A stretch of DNA of 64,000 bases from a candidate division WWE3 bacterium (GCA_016182565.1 JACPGI010000005.1:11005-75004), one strand, 5' to 3'. Positions 37,881 to 48,665 are shown, numbered from the stretch's first letter. The notes: generated by a model from the letters alone, not told the origin. Made by a program: numbers and translations.

Positions 37881-40469
37881 CTATTGGTTTTTCTGGTCTT
37901 GATTGTTTGCTAAGGGTATTGTTCCTTGATCGATTTTAGTAGGTATTCCCTGGGATAAATCTTGTTTGATACCTCCCGGCATCAAAATCTTAGGACCACT
38001 ATTGTTGGTGTTTGCATTCTGTCTTTGCTGTCCTGGTATTACTGAGCTGTTAGGTCCAGTATTTAAGTTTTGTTGCCTTGGGGTTTGATAGCCATCCACC
38101 AGTTGATTAGGTGCAATTCCTTGACCAAACGGGGTTTTTGCCACGACGGTATTTTGTGGTTTTTTAACTTCAGCATTTGTTGGTATATGTGGTACTGGAA
38201 TTTTTGGCACGTGTTGTTGAGGTGTAGGTTGTCTAGATTGTTGTTGCTCAATGCTATTTTGTTGCGGTTGATTAGATTGGTTTAACTGATTTTGTTTAGG
38301 CTGACCTACCATAGTAGTATTTATTGGAGTTCTTTGTTGAGGGTGATTCTGTGGTGAAGAGAAAGCTTTACCTTGTGAATTAGAAACTTGAGCATTAGGT
38401 GCCGTGGCTACAGGTATTTGTGGTTGGTTTTGTGCCTGTGTTTGTAATGGTGGTTGTGGTGTCACCGGTTTTGGTGTTGGCATGGGAGTATTAAACTTTG
38501 GTGCCTCATACCTTGGTGCTACTCTTTGCGGAGTTTCTTCTTCAGATATGTCATCATTTGGGTTTTTTGGTTCAGGGATTTTAGCATAACTTTGAGTGTC
38601 AACTATCTCGAATGGTTTATAAGAAGCCCGTTGTTCTTCCACAAGTTTTCTTTGGTTTCTTTCTTCTTTCATTTTTAGTATTTCCTCTGGATTTGTTGTA
38701 ATTAGCTTGTATTCCTCTTCTGAAGCAATTACTTTAATGGCAACGTGATTTGCACCAGCAAAAAACAAACCCTCACCCCTGTCAGCAGATAATAGCAATC
38801 TTTTTTCGCCTTCGGATAGATAGAAAACTTCTGCAATTTTATCTATAGCTGATGGGTGTTGTTTCAAAAGTATTTGAATAGAGGAGTTACTCACAATCGC
38901 GTGGCCATAATCAGACTTTAAAAAGTCGTCCACGTCTTGAGTAATTGTAGTAAGACCCAAATAATATTTTCTGGCTCTTTTTGCGATACCAAACAAAAAC
39001 TGGGCGCTGTCGTTGTTGGACATGAGGTACCAAGCCTCTTCCACAATTAATATTCGTTTACGCAAATCCTTTCTAATAGTTGTCCATACAAAGTCCAAGA
39101 TCATATAGAAGGCAATTGGTCTTAGAGCGTCTTCCAAATGTTTTGTAGAGAAAACAGTCATATCCGCCGTAAGGTTTATATTAGATTGTGAGTCAAATAT
39201 TCCAGTCATAGAACCACGGATAAATTTCTCTAACCTTTCTGCCATACCCCGTGCTTCTACTTCAGCACCACCAAGCAGTACTTTATATAAATCTTCCATA
39301 ACTGGAGGTTCTTGTGAACTTTGGGTATCAGGGTCGGGAGTAATACCTTTTAATCTATAAGTTTCAATCAAGGCTCTATCAAGAATGGCATCTTCTGTAG
39401 GGGAAAGTGTTCCCATCATAAGCCTTAAAAGTGTGTGCAAAGATAAAAGTTTTTGACCAAGTTCATTTTGACCTTCAACAGCAATGCCAGATAAGTCAAA
39501 AGGATTAATCTTTGCCGGAGAGCTTGGTGAGAAGTTTATGTAGTTACCACCCAAAGCTTCACAGACCGGTTTATACTCTTCTTCTGGGTCGATGATAAGA
39601 ACTTGTGTTCCAAAGATGATAGAACGCAAGGCTTCAAGTTTAACAACAAAAGATTTACCAGCTCCGGATTTAGCAAAAACTACGGTGTTAGCGTTTTCCA
39701 AAGAAAACCTATCAAAAATGATAAGAGAACCGTTGTGTTTATTAACTCCGTACATTATGCCTTCATCTGAAGTAAGGTCTGATGAGGTAAAAGGGAAAGT
39801 TGTTGCAAGACTTGTGGTATCCATGTTTCTTGTAATCAAAAGTTTATCCATTGCTGTGGGAACTGTGGATTGAAATGCTTGTTCCATTTGTAAAGTGGCT
39901 TTTTTGGAAATAAGAAGTAGGGATCCAAGTGTGCCTTCCAGTTTTTTAGATATGTTTTCAAGCTCTTCTAAAGTTTCAGCAGGTATAGTGATGTAAAAAG
40001 AAAATTGGAAAAACTTCTCGATACCCTTTACAAGCTGCTCTTGTAAAGTGTTTGCGTCTTCTAAAGCAGCAACTACTACTGGATCTGCAATTTTTCCCCT
40101 TTCAGCATCCCCCCTGACAGTAGCCTCAAGTTCTGTAATTTTTCTTTTTAAATCGTCAAGTACCCCTTGAGCTTTTACAGGATAATAAAACATTGAGATA
40201 TCAAGTGAGTGATCGAAGTTAATAATAGGTGCAAGCCAGTCAGCCCCTACAAACCTAGGATATCCTGACACAAAAAGTGTTCGAAAAAACATTCCCCCAA
40301 CCCGCATGTGATTAAAATCAACTTCAATTGCAGAAGGGGCAATAATGTCTCTTATATCAACCATTCCTCTTGCAATCACATCTCCGGCATTTTCCTTTGG
40401 TGCTTCTGGTGTAAGCTTTGGGTCTACTTTTGGTTTTTTATTAAATAATGTAAATTTTGGCATTGGCAT
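37881..40469 (-). CDS. virB4: VirB4-like type IV secretion ATPase with Q/P-rich C-terminal tail
   Basis: Walker A AKSGAGKS, IIDPEEEY, Walker B LIVEEAW and KRARKYYLGLTTITQDVDDF. Confidence 0.9.
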   Translation of the reverse strand: MPMPKFTLFNKKPKVDPKLTPEAPKENAGDVIARGMVDIRDIIAPSAIEVDFNHMRVGGMFFRTLFVSGYPRFVGADWLAPIINFDHSLDISMFYYPVKAQGVLDDLKRKITELEATVRGDAERGKIADPVVVAALEDANTLQEQLVKGIEKFFQFSFYITIPAETLEELENISKKLEGTLGSLLLISKKATLQMEQAFQSTVPTAMDKLLITRNMDTTSLATTFPFTSSDLTSDEGIMYGVNKHNGSLIIFDRFSLENANTVVFAKSGAGKSFVVKLEALRSIIFGTQVLIIDPEEEYKPVCEALGGNYINFSPSSPAKINPFDLSGIAVEGQNELGQKLLSLHTLLRLMMGTLSPTEDAILDRALIETYRLKGITPDPDTQSSQEPPVMEDLYKVLLGGAEVEARGMAERLEKFIRGSMTGIFDSQSNINLTADMTVFSTKHLEDALRPIAFYMILDFVWTTIRKDLRKRILIVEEAWYLMSNNDSAQFLFGIAKRARKYYLGLTTITQDVDDFLKSDYGHAIVSNSSIQILLKQHPSAIDKIAEVFYLSEGEKRLLLSADRGEGLFFAGANHVAIKVIASEEEYKLITTNPEEILKMKEERNQRKLVEEQRASYKPFEIVDTQSYAKIPEPKNPNDDISEEETPQRVAPRYEAPKFNTPMPTPKPVTPQPPLQTQAQNQPQIPVATAPNAQVSNSQGKAFSSPQNHPQQRTPINTTMVGQPKQNQLNQSNQPQQNSIEQQQSRQPTPQQHVPKIPVPHIPTNAEVKKPQNTVVAKTPFGQGIAPNQLVDGYQTPRQQNLNTGPNSSVIPGQQRQNANTNNSGPKILMPGGIKQDLSQGIPTKIDQGTIPLANNQDQKNQ

Positions 40470-40519
40470 TTTTATTTCACTTTATCTTAACCTACTCACT
40501 CTTGTGTAATTTCCACCTT

Positions 40520-41224
40520 TTATTCTTCCAAGATTGCAGGTTCAACAATTGCTGTTCTATAGTCTCCAATATCAGTTCTTATTCTTTGTGCTTCTGCTGA
40601 TCCTGGGTTATATATTTCGAAAAGTAATTCTACTATTTCCTGAGTGGATAGTCTTTTAGCTTTTATACCAAGTCTTCCAAACTCCCCAACTACATGGTCC
40701 ACTTTTGGTAAAAGATCGGGTTTTGCTCTTTTTAGTGCAGACTCTGTATCCACTTTTACTCGTTTCGTGTGGGCTCCGAACATCCTACCCATCCAATCAA
40801 ACGGAGTAGATCCCTTTTCGTGAAATCCTGTACTTCCGGAAGGCACAATTACGTAAAACTTTTTTGATAAAACATCATTTACCTTCACCAAGTCTTGTAC
40901 AAACTTACGATATGATTGGATCTGTTTTTTTAAAAGCGGGTCACTTAAACCCTGCTCAACTTTCACTATTTTTGTGATGTAGTTTGAAATATCGACTCTT
41001 TTTGATCTAATTACAATTTGTATCGGATAAGTTATCGAGTTTAGAAGCATAGAAAAGGCGGCAATCAAAGCATCTTGCTCCATTTCAGAAAGAAGTGCAA
41101 AGTTTACAGCAGTTGTTGAAATAATTGCAGCTACCTCCCCTGTTTTTAGTATAATTAAGTCCTCTTTTATGTCCTCTACATCTAGATGTTCTTGTGTTGT
41201 TGATCTGATTTCATTTATTGGCAT
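40520..41224 (-). CDS. Conserved T4SS-associated protein (VirB4 N-terminal-like)
   Basis: STTQEHLDVEDIKEDLIILK...AVNFALLSEMEQDALI...PIQIVIRSKRVDI; sits between the PrgI-like gene and virB4. Confidence 0.7.
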   Translation of the reverse strand: MPINEIRSTTQEHLDVEDIKEDLIILKTGEVAAIISTTAVNFALLSEMEQDALIAAFSMLLNSITYPIQIVIRSKRVDISNYITKIVKVEQGLSDPLLKKQIQSYRKFVQDLVKVNDVLSKKFYVIVPSGSTGFHEKGSTPFDWMGRMFGAHTKRVKVDTESALKRAKPDLLPKVDHVVGEFGRLGIKAKRLSTQEIVELLFEIYNPGSAEAQRIRTDIGDYRTAIVEPAILEE

Positions 41225-41272
41225 ATTTTTTTGCTTTGTTAGTTTTTTAAATTTGAGTTTTGCTTACCAAAT

Positions 41273-43060
41273 TTAATTTCCTACAAATTCCATTGCAGGT
41301 ATTATCTCACCTTTTGCATCAAAATTAATTATATCAAAGGAAAACCCAGTTGAGTTGTTTGCATCCACCTCTATATTGTAACTTCCGTTCGGAAGTGGGT
41401 TTGTGATAGTAAATTCTCCTAGAGGATTAGTTTTTACAGCTCTTACAGGTTCATTTTTTCCATTTTTTATAATAAGGAGGACATTTGCAAGCCCCATACC
41501 TCTGATATTTCTAACAATGCCTGCTATTGTATTTGGAATTTGTGGCTGCAAGTTGTCGGGAATTATTCCAAGCTTTGAAGAATTTATTTCTGGTTCTTCC
41601 GCAATAAAGCCTCCCTTTTTAACATTTATTGCTGCTACCTGTTCTCTTAATTTTGTGATTGTGCTTTGAGTTTGTGTTATTTTTTCTTCCAATTCCCTAA
41701 ATGCAATAGAGTTTTTCTCTTTCGTTTGTGGGTCGGTTTCTGTTGAAGAGATTTGTATGTGGGTTTTCAAGGCACCCATTTTTGTAAGTAATCCCTCTTT
41801 TTCTTTTTCAAAACGCTGGATCAATTCTTCAGCCTCGTTTCTTACTTGAATATCTTCTACTGAATACTCAGTGTAGCTAGATTTTTCCTTAGGAGGTAAA
41901 TTAATTTTTTCGGATTGTTTTAATTGTTGGATGTAAGTTTTTAATTGTTCGGCTTTTTTTACTACATCACTTGCTGACTCCATTTCGTCACTTGTTTTTA
42001 GTGTACGTTCCCCCCTTATTGGAAGCACTATACTACCCTGAAATGGTGTTAGGTTTGTTAGTTTTCTTCCGGCATGCATATCAGGAGTTATTGGACGAAG
42101 CAGAATCTCGTTATTATCACCAGGCGCAGTAAATACCTTTCTACTTATAAACTTTTTAGCAGCTGGTCTAAGTGTTTGTTTAAATGAGCTACTTGCACGT
42201 TGCATGATAGACGGCCTTGCAATATGAGCTGAAGTTTGTTTTGTAATTATTGGTGTCTCTGACGTACTGGGTAAGTTAGTAGATACAGCTGGGCCATATG
42301 TTTCTACAGTTGGAGTTTGAGTTTTTTCGATTAGTTGTTGTTTTTCTAAAATTTCTTGATTGTTTTCTATTTCATTAGAACTTATAGCTATATTTTCTTC
42401 ACCTTCTATTAGCTGTGCCTCTTGTGGTAATGTTTCAATCTGTACTCCAGTAATTATGTTTTTGGTTGAAGAGGTTTCAGGTACCATCTCTTGTGGTGAG
42501 CTTTCCATAAATTCATCATCAAGTGCCACCGCAGTTGTTACATTTTTTGAATAATCGCCAAATGCGTCCTTAACCTTTTGAATGTACTCTGCTTCAAGTT
42601 TTTCGTATGGGTCTAAAATTTCTTTCTTTTGATATTGATACTCAAGATAGTTTTCAAGTTTTCTTCTACTTGCAGTCGGTGCCAAAGTTATAAGTTCTTG
42701 TCTAACCATAGAAAGGCTTTGATATAAAAACGCTGAAGGAGGTAATGGGTTTTTTCTCCAGATGTATTGTTGCTCTGCGTAAACCGCTCGAAAAAAGTTT
42801 ACTATCCACTCATCAAGACCCCTTTCCTCGTAAGGTAAAAAGGCAAATGCCACCCCAACAAGAACAATGAGGGATATTATTGGCCACTTAAAGAAAGGAG
42901 GAAGAGTAAACGTATAGATAACGTAGGCCACTCCTAGAAATACAGCCAAGTATGTAAATTGGCGCATGGTAAGATCCCCAATTAGTTTAAATTCCACATC
43001 CATTATATTTTGTGGAACTGCGTGCTGCTTATTTGATTGTGGCATTTCACGAATGGGCAT
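41273..43060 (-). CDS. PrgI-family (VirB3-like) membrane protein with coiled coil and C-terminal Ig/carboxypeptidase-regulatory-like domain
   Basis: QHAVPQNIMDVEFKLIGDLTMRQF, two TMs and ERGLDEW (PrgI-like); C-terminal RAVKTNPLGEF...LPNGSYNIE. Confidence 0.8.
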   Translation of the reverse strand: MPIREMPQSNKQHAVPQNIMDVEFKLIGDLTMRQFTYLAVFLGVAYVIYTFTLPPFFKWPIISLIVLVGVAFAFLPYEERGLDEWIVNFFRAVYAEQQYIWRKNPLPPSAFLYQSLSMVRQELITLAPTASRRKLENYLEYQYQKKEILDPYEKLEAEYIQKVKDAFGDYSKNVTTAVALDDEFMESSPQEMVPETSSTKNIITGVQIETLPQEAQLIEGEENIAISSNEIENNQEILEKQQLIEKTQTPTVETYGPAVSTNLPSTSETPIITKQTSAHIARPSIMQRASSSFKQTLRPAAKKFISRKVFTAPGDNNEILLRPITPDMHAGRKLTNLTPFQGSIVLPIRGERTLKTSDEMESASDVVKKAEQLKTYIQQLKQSEKINLPPKEKSSYTEYSVEDIQVRNEAEELIQRFEKEKEGLLTKMGALKTHIQISSTETDPQTKEKNSIAFRELEEKITQTQSTITKLREQVAAINVKKGGFIAEEPEINSSKLGIIPDNLQPQIPNTIAGIVRNIRGMGLANVLLIIKNGKNEPVRAVKTNPLGEFTITNPLPNGSYNIEVDANNSTGFSFDIINFDAKGEIIPAMEFVGN

Positions 43061-43110
43061 GTGCAAGTATTATATTTTAGAGTAGAAGATATTGAAAGGA
43101 TGTGTAGAAA

Positions 43111-44601
43111 CTATCTCCTCTTTGTCTTTTGCTCACCGAGGAATGCTTCTTCTATGATCTTTGGCATCTTAAGAGCTTGGAAGAAAATAGCAAAACCCAT
43201 TATAATTCCAAATAGAAAACTACCCAGGGCATCAAAAAAGACAAATATATTACTCTGTGCATTTACTTGCATTGTAAATATCTCTATCACATTTTCCACA
43301 ACTATTTTATATAGGATATAGTTTCCTACTTCTAGGGTTAAGGCCATAGCCGGAAGCGCAAGCATATTTGCCAAGAAATACTTAAACCAGTCGGATATTT
43401 TTTCTTCGTTCCCAGGAATTGACCCCCATGCAAATGTAAGAGGTGCAGAAACCGAGGCCATTATAAGTTTTATGTAGATAAAGATATATTTAACGGAGGC
43501 AACTAGCCATAAACCCATGTTTAAAAATGCCATAAAAATGGTGAGAATTATAAACATAAGCCCAACCCCAGCAGATAGTATTGAGCCTGAGGTTAGTACT
43601 GCAATTGTGAGTGGCCCTATGGTACCTGCTCCCCCTAACGCTTTAATTGGCTGTATTAAAGCCATCTGAATTGGGGTGATAAGCCCTATCCCAATAAGAC
43701 CAATTGTCATGCTGAATGTTATAAGTATTATGGAGATGACTATTCTTGGTACTGCGTATTGTGCTGTGACTACAACTTGAGAGCTTATTTGTCTTCGCAT
43801 CATAATCATAGATCCTACATAAATCATAAATATTGCTAAAAGTCCGTAGGAGATATTTCTAATCAATTTCCACACGTCCATTATAGCTGTTGAAACTGAT
43901 GTTGGTACTAGGCCTCCAGGAAAGTTTACTTGGGCAAGTGCAGTGTCTTTTAAAATTAGGGTATTGCTTGCCACATATCTACCGTAATTAGCAAGATTTA
44001 CAGAGGGCAAAACCCCTTTATCTGAGAAGGCTGTTTCATTTGCAATATATGTTAGGCCTGCAAGGGATCCTCCTATGAACGCTCGACTTGGTAACTTGTT
44101 TGCCTCCCCACCATCAAGCTTTACAAGCATAGGTGCACAGATACCTCCTCCTGCCGGTGGATATAAACTTTTAATATCAGGAGGTAATTGGTCCTGAACT
44201 GAAGTTCCAGATATTTCTTCTACAAGATATGCCATACAAGCTTGATGTTGGTTTAAGCTGTGTCCCCAGACTAGAAATGTTGCAACTTCGGTCGCTTGGG
44301 CAATAAATGTATCTCCCACTGTTCTTACAATAGTTTGGAGTGGGGAGCCATTAAGTTTCCATTGAAAATGTGAACATTTACCTAGTTCAAAGGAAAACAT
44401 AGTTGTATCAACTCCTATACCTCCACCACAGGGAGAAGTGACTGTTTCGTCATCTGCATAGGAGACTTGAGCATAGGCTGTAGTTTTAGATAGTGTAAAA
44501 ACCAATGGAAGGGAAAAAACTAAACCCAAAAAGAAAGTTAGAATTGGTTTGTTGGAATTTGTTTTCATATACACTAGGAATTTTTCCACATTAAGACACA
44601 T
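43111..44601 (-). CDS. VirB6/TrbL-like polytopic membrane protein
   Basis: Signal peptide; WKLIRNISY...PRIVISIILITFS; SAPLTFAWGSIPG...WFKYFLANML; co-oriented with prgI and virB4. Confidence 0.65.
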   Translation of the reverse strand: MCLNVEKFLVYMKTNSNKPILTFFLGLVFSLPLVFTLSKTTAYAQVSYADDETVTSPCGGGIGVDTTMFSFELGKCSHFQWKLNGSPLQTIVRTVGDTFIAQATEVATFLVWGHSLNQHQACMAYLVEEISGTSVQDQLPPDIKSLYPPAGGGICAPMLVKLDGGEANKLPSRAFIGGSLAGLTYIANETAFSDKGVLPSVNLANYGRYVASNTLILKDTALAQVNFPGGLVPTSVSTAIMDVWKLIRNISYGLLAIFMIYVGSMIMMRRQISSQVVVTAQYAVPRIVISIILITFSMTIGLIGIGLITPIQMALIQPIKALGGAGTIGPLTIAVLTSGSILSAGVGLMFIILTIFMAFLNMGLWLVASVKYIFIYIKLIMASVSAPLTFAWGSIPGNEEKISDWFKYFLANMLALPAMALTLEVGNYILYKIVVENVIEIFTMQVNAQSNIFVFFDALGSFLFGIIMGFAIFFQALKMPKIIEEAFLGEQKTKRR

Positions 44602-44726
44602 ATTTCAATAAGTTAATATTTCTTTAAGAATCTAGGCTATGCTATTTGGTTTAGCAAGAAATCCAAAAACTTTTTTTGTATTCATACTATGAAAATATTT
44701 CCAGTACATATAGAATAGCTGTTGTT

Positions 44727-47700
44727 ATGGCAGATACATTTTTTTATCCCGGAAACCACCCTGTAAGAAGAAGACCGGCAGGTGGTTCAAGGCCATTTGT
44801 TCCAGAATACACCCCGACAGTAGGGCAAAATTTTTATGATACCTTAGATGAGACTGCACTTGGTGTCCCCCGCTGGATGTGGATGCAGGAGATGAAAGAT
44901 ATCCAATCCTCTTGGGAAGCAAGTTATAAATCCCCAGAAGTAAGTGTGACAACAAAGGAGCTAAATGCTGAGGGGGCTGAGGAAATAGCTGAGTTACCGG
45001 GTGGAATTGGTATAAAGGTGAGTGTTAATCCTATGGACTGGATTAATGATCCAACGAAGCAGATAGAAAATCTTACTATCGGTGCAGCCCGAAATGTGTT
45101 TAACATGTCAGATCTTACTTCAAGAAGCCGAAAAGAATTTTGGAGTAAGCTTACAGAGCGTAACTATTCCCCATTTTATCTAGGTGACGGAAACCAGGAT
45201 GAACTATCTGAAGACCCAGTTTCAAGAAATTTAATAAGGCATCCAAAACCCGGCAACTTCTATAAAGGTCTGGATTCAAGTATGGGTGAATTTGCTGTAA
45301 GTGTTGATTCTACTGGATCAAGAAACAAAGCCATGCGTGGTGTAAGCACTTCTGTGATAGGTAGTTTAAAAAAAGAAATAGATGACAAGCTTTTTGATAC
45401 ATCAATCCCAAACACAAGAACTCCCAAACTAGCAAACAATCTAGATGCATCAGTTTTTGCTACGGCCGAAAAGTTTGCAAAGAAAGCTGATTTAGTAGAC
45501 AAAGTTAATCTTGTTATATCAGGGGATAAGAAGAAAGGTATTACAGGACTGGGGGACATAAAATCGGAAATTGATCAAGCATTTTTGGGGGGTAGTATAA
45601 ACTCTGCAGCAACTGCAAAAAAACTTACAGATTTTGCACAACGAATAGAGCACGCGCAAGAGGCTTTAGAGCAGGTAAAGGGTATATCTAAAAAAGAAGC
45701 CCATGCGGTAGCCAGATTAGAAAACCATTTAAACCAACTTTCTGATGCAATTAAGCCATACGCTTATAGGGATAGTTCCGGCAATATGGTTGTTAAAGTA
45801 CCATCCGGCATCGCAGCATCCCAATCACTTCGAGCAAAGCTGACAATCGCTAACTCCAAACTTGTTAGTGGTAATTTTGGGGATGGTAGCTATGGGAGCT
45901 ACGTAAATCACGTTCTAAGACAAGAAATTACTGATACCAAATCCGATCTCAATAAGAAGGTCATTAATGCTACTCAATCAGGAAGCACTAACTATATATT
46001 GAGTAATCCGAGCCGAAGGTTAGCAAGACTCTCCTCCCACATTAACTCAACTTATGAATGGGAAGCCGCAAGAGATTTAGTGGAAGACCTACAGGAAGGT
46101 AAGCTCCCGGTTAAATTTATATATAAACAAATGATCCAGCCTAGGATTGAGGTTTTTACCCCAAGTTATTGGATCGGAAGAACCTTAGACAGATCCCATT
46201 ATTTTGGTTTAACGATAAATGATGATGTTGCAACAGGGGCGGTAAATGGGGGAGTTTTGGGCTCAGTTGGAAACTTTATGATTAAAAAGTCCCCCATGAA
46301 AGGCCTATATGATGTAAATATAAATCTAGGTGTAATTGATCCACACAATGCCTGGAAAAAGGTTATATACATCAAAGGTGACTACGGTCTTAAAAAGATT
46401 ATTGATGCTAAGGCTATGTTTGGTCTTGACGACAAGAGTATAAAGTCGGCCACTTCGCACCTTGTGGACGGATTAAGTGGTAACTTAAAAACTTCAGCAG
46501 GCGGTGTGGTCTCAAAAAGTGATTTTTTAAAAATCTTAAACGGTGACCGCGTTTTAGCTGCAAGTTTGAGACTGGATGCAGAAAATTGTAAAGCTATAGC
46601 TAACTTTAGAAGAAACTTTCTTTCCAAATACTTTCGTACACTTGATCTTGATAAGTTGGGTCTTACCTTAGACAAACACGGGCGTTTGATTGGCTCTGCG
46701 GCTGCTTTGGATGCTGCTAGTGATCGACTCCACGCATTTTTCTTGAGCATTCATAGTAACGAAAATAATCCCGCAGACTTTTTTAGTATTGGTGCTGGCA
46801 AGGCGGGAATATTAGATAAGTACGCAAAATGGTTAAGTAGAGTTCAATCGAACACAGTAGTTAAGTATCTCTCAGTTATTATAAACCCAGTTGTTAAGGG
46901 CAAGGAGATAATCTTAGAGCAAGTCAATGCCAAAATAGCAAGTATTATTGCTGCGGTATTTGGTGATGCTACAGGTGGTCTTGGATATGCTATCGCTTGG
47001 GCTATAAAAATAGCTGTGCAATGGGTTCTCTCAAAGCTTGAAAAAATATTCAAAAAGTTTTGGCAAGCTGTTGGTCACTTTGACGTAAAAGCGATTGGTG
47101 GGATGATGGACGATGCTGTAGACGAAATTGGTAAATGGGTTGTTTACATTCTACTTTTTTCATTTCTACCATTTATCATGGTTTCTGGATTTATGAGTAA
47201 GATGGTGTCAACTCTTCCTGTGTATGACCCTTCTCAAATAGGTGAAATAAAATCAGGGGGAGGAAGTCTAGGGTTAGGTTATGGCGACGGCAGCGAAGCA
47301 AATTGTGATATTACTACAAAATCACTATCTTCTTACGACTTTATGCAAAATGTATCAGGTGGTGGTAATACTGGGCAAGCAACCGCCCTCATGGAGGAAA
47401 TGCTGATGGGCTTTTGGTGTTATTGGAATCAATCCCCAAGTTTTCCGGAACTGTTTAATTTACAATTATTTGCAATAAACCCATTCCCAGGGGACCTTTC
47501 TAGCTGTTGGGATTGCCTGTTCTGGTGCACATTTCTGCCTTGGAAAGCCGGTCTTGATAATAGTGGTCAGTCTACAGCTTGCAAGATGGAATCTCATTAC
47601 AAAAGTGGAAGTGGCCATTATGTCCCTATAGAACAAGCTTATGTAAATGGGCATGACTCGAATGTAAGACCTGGCGATATCATATTTATTGCTTCATCTG

Positions 47701-47900
47701 GGAGAAGAAAGCATCCCAATTGTCCAGCCGATGTTGATAGTAACCACGTCGGTGTAGTTTATGCAGTAACTCCGGATGCTGTTATTACACTTCACTCAAA
47801 TTCAGGAGAAAAAGCTTGGGCATACGGCGTTGATGACGATGGTCACATTATGGATAATGAATACCACGCAATTCAAGGATTTGGTGGTCCCGGCAATTAA
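44727..47900 (+). CDS. Large membrane protein with C-terminal CHAP/NlpC-P60-like domain
   Basis: About 1,057 aa; TM near aa 805-830; C-terminal FWCTFLPW...RPGDIIF...NHVGVV...HSN papain-like pattern. Confidence 0.7.
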   Translation: MADTFFYPGNHPVRRRPAGGSRPFVPEYTPTVGQNFYDTLDETALGVPRWMWMQEMKDIQSSWEASYKSPEVSVTTKELNAEGAEEIAELPGGIGIKVSVNPMDWINDPTKQIENLTIGAARNVFNMSDLTSRSRKEFWSKLTERNYSPFYLGDGNQDELSEDPVSRNLIRHPKPGNFYKGLDSSMGEFAVSVDSTGSRNKAMRGVSTSVIGSLKKEIDDKLFDTSIPNTRTPKLANNLDASVFATAEKFAKKADLVDKVNLVISGDKKKGITGLGDIKSEIDQAFLGGSINSAATAKKLTDFAQRIEHAQEALEQVKGISKKEAHAVARLENHLNQLSDAIKPYAYRDSSGNMVVKVPSGIAASQSLRAKLTIANSKLVSGNFGDGSYGSYVNHVLRQEITDTKSDLNKKVINATQSGSTNYILSNPSRRLARLSSHINSTYEWEAARDLVEDLQEGKLPVKFIYKQMIQPRIEVFTPSYWIGRTLDRSHYFGLTINDDVATGAVNGGVLGSVGNFMIKKSPMKGLYDVNINLGVIDPHNAWKKVIYIKGDYGLKKIIDAKAMFGLDDKSIKSATSHLVDGLSGNLKTSAGGVVSKSDFLKILNGDRVLAASLRLDAENCKAIANFRRNFLSKYFRTLDLDKLGLTLDKHGRLIGSAAALDAASDRLHAFFLSIHSNENNPADFFSIGAGKAGILDKYAKWLSRVQSNTVVKYLSVIINPVVKGKEIILEQVNAKIASIIAAVFGDATGGLGYAIAWAIKIAVQWVLSKLEKIFKKFWQAVGHFDVKAIGGMMDDAVDEIGKWVVYILLFSFLPFIMVSGFMSKMVSTLPVYDPSQIGEIKSGGGSLGLGYGDGSEANCDITTKSLSSYDFMQNVSGGGNTGQATALMEEMLMGFWCYWNQSPSFPELFNLQLFAINPFPGDLSSCWDCLFWCTFLPWKAGLDNSGQSTACKMESHYKSGSGHYVPIEQAYVNGHDSNVRPGDIIFIASSGRRKHPNCPADVDSNHVGVVYAVTPDAVITLHSNSGEKAWAYGVDDDGHIMDNEYHAIQGFGGPGN

Positions 47901-47921
47901 GGTAGAGTTAACACTGTAACT

Positions 47922-48665
47922 ATGAAAGAAAAACTTATTAAACTCAAAAATTTTATAAAGACAAATTACAAACCAATTGGTATCACTGTACTTGTTTCTA
48001 CATTTGTTTTGCTAGGCTTTATTTACAATAGCCCGTACAAGACCTCAAAGGTAGAAATCTTGAATTACTACCCAAGTTATAATGCCAAAGATTTTCCTCA
48101 AAATGGGGCAGTGGATATAGTTTTTAAAAACCCCATATCAGAGGACATGAAGCCCTCCCTGTATATAAGATTTCTTCCGGGGGTTCCATACAAAAAAGAT
48201 TGGGTTTCCCCTACTCAGTTAAGACTTGTTCCTCAAATTTTACTTACTGGGGGTACTGAATATAGTGTAGAAATTTCTTACGCCCAAAACACTATAGGAA
48301 ATCTGAAATTCACTGTTTCAAAACCGATGAGTAACATACCTCCACTTCAAGAAGTGACACTTGAGGATTTATCTTGGATGCATGAGCAAGCCGATGCAGT
48401 AAACACAAGTTTAGAAGCGCTTAAAGATAAACACCCTTGGTATTTTAATCTACCTATAATCACAAAAAAGTACGCCATTATTTATAACAACAAAAAAAAT
48501 CAATTTAGAATAAGTATCTATTCGAAGGGAATGACAGAAAAAGAAAAATCCGATACATTAAAGTCTGCTACCGAAAGATTAAACCAAGTTGTCGGTGTAG
48601 ATGCTATCCGTCTTGGTATGTATGTGCTGTATCGAGATGATTATTCTGTAGATGGAAATCAGTAA
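47922..48665 (+). CDS. Membrane-anchored Ig-like (Big_5-like) protein
   Basis: N-terminal TM; YPSYNAKDFPQNGAVDIVFKNPI...LTGGTEYSVEI. Confidence 0.65.
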   Translation: MKEKLIKLKNFIKTNYKPIGITVLVSTFVLLGFIYNSPYKTSKVEILNYYPSYNAKDFPQNGAVDIVFKNPISEDMKPSLYIRFLPGVPYKKDWVSPTQLRLVPQILLTGGTEYSVEISYAQNTIGNLKFTVSKPMSNIPPLQEVTLEDLSWMHEQADAVNTSLEALKDKHPWYFNLPIITKKYAIIYNNKKNQFRISIYSKGMTEKEKSDTLKSATERLNQVVGVDAIRLGMYVLYRDDYSVDGNQ

